Positions 1-12,000 of a stretch of 25,665 bases of DNA are shown in pieces. The notes below the pieces were generated by a model. The model saw nothing but the letters and a program-made list of their open reading frames with translations. It searched no databases and was not told the origin of the DNA. The stretch is from the IMG/VR virus record IMGVR_UViG_3300007960_000159, positions 1 to 25,665 of that record; one strand, given 5' to 3'. Made by a program: the position numbers and the translations under genes. The DNA is from a virus. Lineage: Duplodnaviria > Caudoviricetes. Numbering within the stretch: position 1 is the stretch's first letter; each line of letters opens with the position of its first letter.

Positions 1-3000
1 AATTCTACCATTGATATCAATACTGTATTCGCCGCTATGTAGTCTTACTCCATCTAGTGTTACCCATAAATTATTAGCGTTTGTAGGAATTCTATCCATT
101 GTATACTTGTTAAGCGCGGTGCCACTTAACGTGACTCCGTCAAAGTTGCCGCTATCAAAGCCGTTTTCATCATACCCAATGATTGTTGAAGTAGTCTCAC
201 TGCCTTCACCAATGAATACCTTTGTATGAACTCTAATAGGATCGTGATTATAGAATTGAGTTATGTAAAGTGTGTTACCAGTACTAAAACTTAATCCGCT
301 GTCTAGTGTAATTAAATCGTTGTTGATAAAGTATTCATTAGCGTTTCTTACACCAATTATCAGAGAATCTCCTGCGGAATAAGCATCCAGTAGATTTACT
401 TGATAATACAGCGTGCTATCAATATCTGTTTCAATTGAAACTGTATAGTCTTGAACAATGTTAAGATTTTCAATGGTATTGGTTGCTGCGCGAATAACAC
501 TAACTTGTATATCTCCAACACTTACATTAGTGGTATCTTCGCCGGCGGTAGTTGGTGTTCTATAAGCCAGTGTACTTCCATCCAAGGTATAATACTTTGC
601 ATTGCTGGGTTTAAGTCTGACTCCATTTAATTCAACAATTACATTGCTCTCAAAGCTCTTTGTAAATGTTCTAAAATTATAATCTAGCTCATATTCATAA
701 GTTCCAGCGGTTAGAGAAATTTCCATGGTCTCGCCGCGAGTAAATGCTGGCTTATCAGTGGCCCTATTGCTTATGTAAGCATGTATTACACTGCCATTTG
801 GATTGGTTGTAGTAGTTGTAATGTTAACTCTATTATTTGCATTTGTGATCGTGTGATCAACGGGTACACCATCCCTCAAAACTAAACTTTGAGTATATCT
901 GGTATAGTCTATGCCTAGTGTAAAACTCACCGAACTGCCATCACCTATGATAAGTTCTTCGTGTGTGATCTTTTCACCGGTGACGCCATAACCATATAGA
1001 TAAATTAAAGTTCCTGCGGCAGGTGTTGATGCGAAACGCACTGTTCTGGTTTGATAATTAACAGTGAAATCATATTTCCTAGTGGATCCGTGATAAGCAA
1101 CAATATAATCAACAAGTTCACGTCTTGTGGTATTGGCATAACTAAATGAGTTGGTTGTGCCGTCGGCAATGTATACTCTGCTTACTGTTTTAAAACTATT
1201 TCCATCGCCAGCAAAATCGTCGCTGGGATCGGTGTAGACTTCTATGTCAAGCGTGTCAAAAACTATGCCCGGCACAAATTCTTCTGGTGAGTGACTGTTA
1301 TAAACGTCTACAAATTCGCCGCCGGCAACATTAATATCTTCGGGTCTTGTCCCTAGCGCAAGATCGCTAAATGTACTTTTTATTACAGAATCTAAAGCAC
1401 TAGCACCAGCAAGAACAGTTAATCCATTGGTGTCAATTTCAAAGTCATCAAAACCTAGTGTGTCAAAATTTCCTTGATCGTAGCCAGGTTCTCTATCAAA
1501 TCCAATACCGCTTACCTTATTAGCAAAATAATCTGTTCCCTTTTGTAACAGTTTTAGATCGTCGCCTATCATTCCCTGTGTTGGGTAATAATAGGCTGCG
1601 ATTCTGTCAGCCGCGTTAGCAAAATCTTCATCGTTATAGGTTACAAGTGCAGTAGCACCACTAGCATCTTCTAGGCTAAATGTACTGTCACTTGTAAACC
1701 CACCTGACAGATCAACACGATAAACGTCTTGAATTCCTGTATTAGTATTATAATAAGCAATCAGTGTGTTATAACTATAACTGGTGTTTGGTTGCCAGTC
1801 CTGTATAGAGCTACTATAAGTAATTCTATCGAATTTAATAGTGGTATCAAATTCTCTTACCGCGTCATTGGCAATCCTTGGTAATAACACAAGCCCTGTA
1901 CCGGAACCGCTGTAAGTTATTATTGGTGTTTGTGTATATCCGCTGCCCTTTTTAACAACGCTTACACTAATAATTTTTGTACCATTGGTAATTGCCGTAA
2001 CTTCGGCACGCTGTCCGCCAGTAATATTTGGTTCGCTAACTGTAATTACTGGATTTTCTAAGAATCCAGATCCACCGTTGTAAATTTCTACGCTATCCAA
2101 ATAATATGTATAGTTTTCACTCCATGGATTGTTAAGTCCTTGTGTTCTTATTATTTCGTCGCCAGCAAAGTCGCCGCTGGGTTTTCTAAAATAACCTTCT
2201 ACTGAATCATAGAAACTATGTGTATCAAAGTCAGTTACATCACCCAAGTATTCGTCATTGCCTTTGTATCTAAGACTATATTCTCTTATGTAGGTATGAT
2301 ATGGTTTTACTTCATTGATATAATCTTCGATAAATGTGCTGTTATCGAGTTGATAATTTGGGTATTGATCTAGATTTCTTAGTTTATGTAATACACGAAT
2401 AAAACCGGTTTTTATCGCCCAATCAGATACGCCCGAATCTAATTCGTGCAAACTATATTCAATCAATCTAAAGAATAATTTATTTTTGTTTAAAGCAAGA
2501 TTACCTGTGAATATTTCGTCAAATATTGCATTTGCTATAATTCTCATTTCGTTGTGAGGAACTCTATCAAATCTTTCAAAATCAAATACAACAGAATCAA
2601 AGCCAATAAAGCTTGAATATGTTGTATTAGCAAAATCATAGATGCTAGATCTTATTTCAATGCTGCCATTCTCAATTGCAACTTCTCGCCAAGTTCCAAT
2701 ATTGGTATAAACGAACAAACTAAAGTTACCGTCGTCGTTAGTTCTAACTCGTGCAACATCTCCTGTAACAGCAGTCAGGGACAACAAATCAGGTTCGGTA
2801 TCAACTGTAAACCTAGGAACAGTTGTATTGGAATAACCATCGGCATACCAATTAATATAATTCCAATATCTACCTGTATTGTACGCTTGAACTCTATACA
2901 AACTCCAAGTTCTATTGTCACTGCTGTCTACTTCTAATTCATAGATAGTCCAATCTCCGCCAACAGAACTATCACTTTCAACTAAAACTCTATAACCAGC

Positions 3001-6000
3001 TGATATAGTTCTAAGATTAATATAATCTCGGGTTGTAAGGTCAGGCACACTGCGATTCCATTCGCCACTGGTGGTCAGTGGGGCTGGCTCACTCGCAAAT
3101 AGTCTACTTAGATTAAACTGCCTTGCTATCGGAACGGTTGTAAAAATGGCATTACAATAATCAACAAAAGTTTTTACTGCTAGTTGTCGATTTTTGAACA
3201 TTGTTTGTCTTGGCCTGATGCTAACACCGTAGCGTTCACCCTCGCCGAGGGTTGGATCTGGAACAATATTGCCTATACTATTAGCACCTGCTAAACTGTC
3301 AATAATTTTATTTTTAATCTTGCTGGGCAATTCCTGTGTAGGATCATTTTCAGAAATTAAATCAAATTCACTGTGTAAAATGCCTTCGTTCTTGACCACG
3401 TCGTAATTAATGCTCAACACCGTATCTGTGCCGGACAAATCATCTATTAGATTGTTTAATACAAAGGTATGACTATTAATTACATTAACAAATTTTGTAC
3501 CTGTTGCAATTGGATTTTCAATTAGTTGGCGCACGCTTTCAGTGCTTAACTGTCGACGTTCATCATTAGGGAATGTAGTTAATCCAGTTACCCAATAGTA
3601 ATATCGTGTTTGGGTGGTATTTGTAACACTGTTATACTGTAGATTTACAACATAATTACTGTCGTCGGGATATCTGGGTGTTCCCGGTAATCCGCTGTCA
3701 ACGTGCTGACTTGGTAACACAGTGCTTTCTGTCCATTCATAGATGTCAATGCTAGAACCTGGGAAAAATCTATTCCAGTTTTGGACTCGGTAATTGTCAT
3801 CACCTTGTTCATATTCTAAAACTCTACATGTAGAAAGGTCCCACCATACTCTGCCTAGTTTTTCGTCGTTCCATCCACTTGTTTCGCTGTCAGTAACCGA
3901 ATCTTTGTTGCTGCTGACATTATAGGTAGCAGGATCTAACGGGGTAATATAATCAAGTTCTTGCTGGGCAAGTCCGGGAAGCTTGTTTTTAAAGATATCA
4001 ACTGTGTCAACAAAACTAATAATTTCCTTGTTCCTGTTATTGTATGTAACAATTCTATTAATAGCAGAAATATCCACCTTGTCTTCTTCTACACGATACT
4101 TTTCCCAAGTATATTCGTTATCAGAGTTTGTGAAATAGTAAAAACTACCCGCATTAGAAACCCATTCATCATCTGCTGGGCTACCTACAAACAATTTTCC
4201 TCTGTGTATAGCTGCGCTGGCACCAAATTGGTCAAGTTGATTGATTTTTGTACTCTGTAACTGTTGACCAAAAGCATACTTTGGAGGATTAGTAATGCTC
4301 ATAGGAGTATCAATAGTTTCTGTGCTGTCAAGTAAATCGTAGAGATAAACCGCACCACTTTGTCTTACCTTATCAACAAATCTTGTGCTGTTGGCATCAA
4401 ATGTTGTGGTAAATTCATTGTAAGTTCTGCTTAGGGTATCGGTGTCAATATCAAATCCTGTATCTAATGCTGCGCTGGCCCGGTCGCTAGCAACGATCAA
4501 TCTCTGTTCTGCCGGATTGTTTATTGGAATATGTTTGTCAAAAGCAATGGTTCTACCAAAGTTTTCGTTGTCTGCGCCCAGCGGATGGTTCAATTTTTGT
4601 GTAAACTTAAAGGGTTTAACTTCTGCAAAATCTTTGAATGTGGATCCTGTTCCTGGGCGAACTTTTAAACGCTTGTTTGGAACTGCGGAGGTTGATGTAA
4701 TCTTTAAGTTATTTCCAGATACCTGCGATGAAACCTGAATAATTTCTGATGAGTTAATATCATCAGACAGTTTTGTTGGATCATTGGTTGTATTTTTAGA
4801 AACAACAACTTCATAATCATTGATAAAGATGCTGTCAAATCTAACACTAAATGTTGAACTGTCCGTGCTCTGTGTTGTTACTTGGCCAAAACGAAGTCCT
4901 TCGTCAACAAATATAAAAGCACTGCCTGAATTAGGATTTAATTCATCCTCGCCAGGACTGCCAATAGCAACTATAGCACCATAAGCGTCAATGCCTACAC
5001 TATAACCAAACAGTTCGCTGTCAGTAGGAGATTGCCCAGCAAAGTTTTGATCTATTTTTTGTATTTCAGCAAAATTACCTGTGTATACCCTGATATCACT
5101 GTTAGTAGCAGGAATATATCTAAAACTAATCGTATTTCCGCTAACTGTGTATCTATTGGCACTGCTATCGCTGTCAAATCCGCCAAACTCACCAGTTGCT
5201 AGACTTTGAACCGCGCCATCGACTTCAATATAGAAATGGTCTGGTAAAGTATTGCTGGTAGTAAATTCATAGGTACTACCGTTACCAGTGAATCTTTCTA
5301 CAATATGATGGAACAAATAAGCTTCGCCGGCGTCAACAATCACTGTGCTATCTTCATCGGCTACATCTGCCGACGGACTACCAACGATTAGTGTTTCACC
5401 TTTACTATCTACGTCAATGCTAAATCCAAATTGGTCACCGGACATTACATCACTACCTGTAATTGTTGTTACCGGAACGTAATGGCTTTGTTTTCTAATA
5501 ACAATGCTAAGACTTGCTGCTGGCGCAGTTGTAAAAGTAACTGTATTGCTAGACAACGTGTAGTCTTTGAAGGCTACATAAGATTTACCGTTACCATCTT
5601 CGAGGTATATGCTATAGATACTGCTTGGTGTAAATGTTAAATTAAAATTAACTGTTGATCCGTCGCCAACTATGGTTTCGCTGGTTTCATATTCACTGCT
5701 TACCTCAACTAGTGTATACATATAAACTTTATTAACCGTAGGTGTGCCAATAAACAAATGTCTATCATCCTTGCTGATTGCTAGACTGTGACCAAATTGA
5801 TCATTGCCCACCGGAGACTGTAATCTAATTATTTGTTTAATAACGTTAACACCGCTGATATTTCTTTTGTATACGAATACATAACCTTTGCTGCTATCAC
5901 TGCTTGGAGCGCCTACTGCTAGCCAATTCTGACCAATGATTGTACTTTTTCCATAAGCATCAACTTCGCTGCTTATCGTATCTCCGACTAGTGTTATACC

Positions 6001-9000
6001 TACATCATAACGATTGTTATCGACATTCCACACATACGGGTAAACTCTGCCGGTATCCTCTTCGGGCGCACCCGAAACCATAAGCAGTGCGTCATCGGCT
6101 ACAGCCAAGCTTGTGCCATTGGCGGCATTGCCACCGGTCTCGATTGAAATATTGACGCTGTTATACTTCCATGGTGATTGTTTCCTATATGCTGCCCACT
6201 TACTGTTCTCATCATAGTCAACCCATGCAAGTTCGCCAACGGACCAGCCATATGGAGGCACAAATCCAGCAATGTCGCTCATATTAGTAAATCTTGAGCT
6301 CACTAATTTATAAATTGGCAATCTAAGATCAACACTATCATCAATTTCTTCGTCGGCGTCTAATAGAATTTCAAAGGTATTTGGTAATTTTACATTATTA
6401 ACCTTATGAAAACCTCTTACTAGATCGTTGTTTGTTTTAATAATAACAATATCATTTTTAACAAGACCATGATTAAAGTTAGTGGTGCATGTAATGGTTC
6501 CTGCGCTTGATTGTTTTACACTTATAATTTCAGTGTTAATTTCTGTAACGCGATAGATATCCCAATCGAAATTATTTTTAGCCGTCCAAATTGTTGTTCC
6601 TCGACCAATAGTAGTAATTTGATTATTAAGTGTTTTAATATCATCTAAATCAAATAATGTCAATGTCACATCATCGAGCCTAGGATGTCCTGCTCCAATA
6701 ATATCTTGCATAGGAACGTTGCTGGTTCTATTAAGTATAATATTTTTTTGGAAATTATTAGGAATTTTATAAAGATCTGCTTGCCTAAATGAATAATAAT
6801 CTTGGTTAGCTGTATCTCCATTATCCAGCAATTGTAAAACGGTGGGATTTTCACGAACTCTGTCTTCATCGAGGACCATTTCAATAACTTGGTTACTGTC
6901 TATACTGCCAAACTCGCCGACCCTGAATCCCCATTCTTCGTAAACGTTAATTTCCTGATCTAGATTTGTAAGGTCTGCGTTAACAAGTTTATTAATAACA
7001 TCCATGGTACCCTTGCTACGAATCATACCTTGATAGAATTTAACCTGACTAATATCATCCAGTCCAAGATTATCTAGATAATTTCTTTTCCTGAACCCAA
7101 TCTGACCTTTAGCAGCAAGATCGGTAGCACTTTCTAAATTAATGTTATCTAAGTCATAGTATTCTGTGAAACTATTAGCTTTGTTAGCTAGGTTAGGAAT
7201 TAACCCGGTTTGCATATTTTCTACCAGCAACCAATCATTGTAATCAAAAACTGTCTTGCCTGTATGATTTGTTTTTGCTGCGTAGACTTTATTATTAAAG
7301 CTTACTACAGTACCTTTTTTATAATCTGTGTTTTCTATCCATATATTAAATTTATTTTCGTTAATGAAGTAACCAGGAGCGTGCAGTGTTCCGTTCCAAC
7401 CAGAGCTTTTTGTTCCAATAAATTTAAATCTACTTTGTCTATTTCCTAATTCAGGCTGATAGATAACGTCATTAAACACGGTAACATTATCAAACACCAG
7501 TACATGTTCAAATTGTATTGGATCAATACTTGCTGAATATATAAAACCTTTGTCCGTGTTAGATTCGATTGTAGTTTTGTTATCGATTCTTATTACATTG
7601 ATATCAGCTGGTTTTATTGGCTGTCCACTGTTATTCAGAATATTTCTAGCTTTTGAGAAATCATCAATAGTAGTAAAAGCACGATCAACTGATAATTCTT
7701 TGCCAGCTGGACTTACAGCAAAAACACTGCCTATAGACCAATCTTGCTGTGTCCACAATAAAAATTCTTTAACGGCATTGTTGAAATCTAATAAATCTCC
7801 GTTTGAATTCTTTGACTCAAATATTAATCCTCTGTTAGTCAAGTATCTTTGATAAGCAATCAAAAAATCAACAAGTTGTTGTGTGCTACTTATAATTGTT
7901 CCATATGGAACACTAGCAATATAGTTGTGACTGTCATTGAACAATACAACTGATCTGTCGCCGACTGTAATGGTTTGTTTGTTATCACTTTTAATGCTAG
8001 GAATAATCTTAAAGAATGGATAGGTCGTATCAAATCCTCTAACCTCAAAACCTGCGGCACGTTTAATAATATTAACTCCGCTGTAAAAAACTCTTTCAAG
8101 CGGTATGCTTTTGTTTACAAATATATTGATATTTTCATCAGGTATAAACACTCCCCCACCTTGCAAGGAAGTTGGACTGGTTGAATCGATAGCAATTTTA
8201 AAATTTTTGAGATCAGTAAATCCACCAACCTGGTATATTAGTTTAGTGGTTAAATTTTGTATTTGTGTTTGTAAATCACTGATATCATAGTTTCTATACT
8301 TGTAATAATTTTCAAAGAATTGATTATATCCTTCAATTCTATTCACAGTATCGGAGTTAGCGGACACTGCCAAACCGTTAATTTTAAAATCAACCAACAT
8401 TGGTCTATAACTTTTATTTTTTTGTAATACTTGATTAAATTCTCTGTTAAATGCTAGTAAATTTTTATCCCAGTTCAAGGTTAGATATTTTGCTGTACGC
8501 TTTATTGCAGCAATAATTTGAACAGCAAATGGCCATTCACTGCTACGGCGCCATGCAGTCTCAACAGGAGCATAATCCCCGATCTTCCATGGAAAATTTG
8601 TGTTAGTTTTAAATGCGCCGTTGATTAAAAACTGATCAGGGGCGAGTAGTTGTCCTTGCTCGTTAACCGGAACGTAATTTAATAGAGTTGGTCTTTTTCT
8701 CAGTGGATCTATAGTATAAGCTGCGTCACGGCCGGCCTCATTGTAGATCTTACCCAGTGATAAATCTTCCCAGAGCACGTAGTTACCACGAGTATAAGGC
8801 GCCTTACCATATCGTGTATCCCACCAAGTTGGCTTCTGATACAAGCCCAGCATTTCCCAGGGAGTTAAGTGGGGAGTTTCTGTATCATATAACCATTTGT
8901 AAATACCTCTCCAATATCCAGGAACTCTACTTCCGCGATCCGCTGTTATGGTTTGACCATAGTTCCAGGTAAAAGAATTATTAGGATCTGTAACCGTGTT

Positions 9001-12000
9001 ATTGCTAAAGTTTAATCTATTTTTATATACCCATGTTGCAACATACGGGGCTATAATTTGATCTGTCAAAGCTAGATCTTCAATATCTGTTCTAAAATAT
9101 CCCGGCAATACTTCGGCAATATCAAAGGTTAGAGGATCATATTGTGTTTTAATATTGTTGTAGACTCTTTTTTCAAATTCTAAAATAACTTCGTCCCTAC
9201 GATCCTTATATGCGACCCAACGACTGCCGTCATGACCTAAAATTACTGGGGTATAAATTGGATATTCCTGATATTCGTCGGTGTTATTGGTAGCATGATA
9301 CTGGCCGGTTGTAGGCATATAGAAGATTCTATCGCTGCCGGCAAATCTATGAGCATGAGATCTGCCACTAGCGTCTGCTGCGGCTGCGGCAGCACTTGTA
9401 GTATAAAGCGGATAAAACCATCCTGTTTGTCCTTGGGCACGTTGTTCATAACGACTATCACTGGTACCATATATCTTAAATGGTCCTGTACTTTCTGTTG
9501 TGCCAGTCTGATAAGTATCATCTAATGCAACAGCCGGATAAAACTTTGGATACAATCCTAGTTTAGTTGGAGTTGGTGGAACAAAGCTGCCGTTGGTATC
9601 TGTATATTCAGAAATTTCGATAACATCGTTAATTTCTAAATTTATACTATTACTAAGAGTAATAGCAGGCTCAACAGTATCAAACGTATAATCAAAACCT
9701 TCAACTAATAGTGTCTTTTTGTTGCTTTCTATAAGATAAACAAGAACACCTCTGCTGCTAATTTTTGTTAGGTCAAACTGTGTGTTAAATTCAAATCTAC
9801 GATCAGTGGTCTGATCAAGTGTTATTGAGATTGTGGTTTTTTGACTTCCCCATGGTAGCATATCAGTGTAGTAAAATGGAAAATCACTGGTTTTAGCACC
9901 GGCCATGTACTGTAATATAGTATCTAAACTGTCGCTGGGATTTCTTATATCAATATCAAGATTATTAATATTATCAATTAATCTATTTTTAAATCTTGTG
10001 TATTCTTCCATTCCAAAACGCAGACTTTCAACGAAACTATTTTCTTTTCTTGTTAACAAGAAATGAGGAATTGCCGCGCCGGCGCTGTGTTGTAAAATTT
10101 TTCCAGGATACTTTTTATAATCTAGATCTCTTAGATTATTTGATCCTAGACTTTTTCCAGAGAACAAAGGATGTTCTCTGGTCATTGAAATGAAATGGTT
10201 ACGAACCTGGCCAAGAGTAACTTCTTCAAAGTCTTTATTATTACTATTGTTTTCTAGATTTAAAGGCACTTCATAGAAACCAAGCGGATTTACATCATCA
10301 CTGTAGACTTTAATGATAACAACATCCTTGGCCTTAAGAGCATCATAAAAACTAACATAATGCTTTTCATTGACATTAATTTTTGCGTAATCAGCGGATG
10401 TTTTATATTCACCGTTAACATAAACATGGAGATTAACAGCATTTGAATCTTGGGCGGGAGCAACGCCAATTTCAAAGACATAAAGTTCTTTGTCTACAAC
10501 ATGTCTTACCTGTTGGTACTGTCTGCTTTCAAATGCCACAGTTTCCCAGCCATTTAACAATGTTCTAGTTGATCCGCGGTGTTTATGTACATGTCCGCTG
10601 CGAACAATAACACTTACATTGCCTGCTGTCTCTTTGGTGTAACTAAACTTGTCTGTTACATAATTGTTTGTAAATAAAATGTCGCCAATATTACCAATGT
10701 TTTTATAGGACAATCCAAACTCTAAGATTGTGTCTGCATTTGCGTTATTATTCCGTTTATAACTGAAAAGTTTACAGCCCGCAAACGTGGTGCTTGGGTA
10801 CTTTGTTGTATTACTAAAACTAACATGATCGGGATCAAATACATCAAATAAAGGAGCCTGATTGATTGATGTCTTATCCTGACCACTGTGCCATGAATTA
10901 TCGTCTTCTTTGTAATAGAATATCTTTCCTTGATTAGTAGATCCAAGCTTGCTAACAAGAGTGTCTAAATCAGAAACTTCATCAATTTTAACAAGATTAA
11001 TAATTGGATTAGTGTTTGTATTACTGTCCTGGTCTATAAAATCAATTCTGTAAATATTTTTCTTGATATCTGGATCTTTAGTAAAGCAGATAGTCATGCC
11101 GGGTGTTATATTAATGCCATCGGCAAAATATCCTATACTACCATTAACATTACTAAATGCATCTGTCTCTTCGGTATCAACGATGCTTACAGGATGCTTA
11201 CTAGTAATACCTAAGTTAAATAACCTTAAACCTGCATCAAATTCAATGATAGGTCTTTTAGCACGCTGACTGTCATCAATAGAAATTATATAGTTGTTGT
11301 ATTCAGCTGTGGCAGTTATGATATCCCTGTGAAACCATCTATTACTTCTAGACCATCCGTTTGAATCTACTGACGATCTATTAATTGTTATATAGTCTTG
11401 TTTAGTAGGACTGTTAAGTGTTTGTTCGTACCCACCAATATCATAAGGTTGGGTATCAAAGTTTTCAAGTTCTGACTCAGTATAAGTCTCTGGCGTGATT
11501 AGATCATCAACATCTACTAGGACGATACCTTTACCTACGCCTTCTACATAATACTGTTTATTTTTATAGCTTGCTGGGACTACACTGGTATCAAATTCAA
11601 TCTTCAATCCATTGGAAAACACAACGCCATTGGGACTTGTATAGGTTATTTTGTTGAGAATTTCTTCGTTGATGTCAATTATACCAGAGCCATCAACATC
11701 AACAAGTACAATTTTTCCAAATCTATCAGTATCTTTAGCATCTTGATAAAAGAACTCAGATTGCAAAGCGGTTAACGGAGGAACTAATCTTAGATATCCT
11801 TCTGCGTCCTTGTAAAATTCTCTGCTTCCATATTCAATGCCCTGCTTTACCTTTACTTTGTGTCCAATGGCTATATTCTGAATAAAAATAAGTTTAATAG
11901 TTTCAACGCCAGACACTGTCTCTATATCTATTCTAAATACACCGTAGCGTTCAGCTAAACTTAGCGTGGTGACAGGATCGAAAGTACCAGAACTGCCTTC

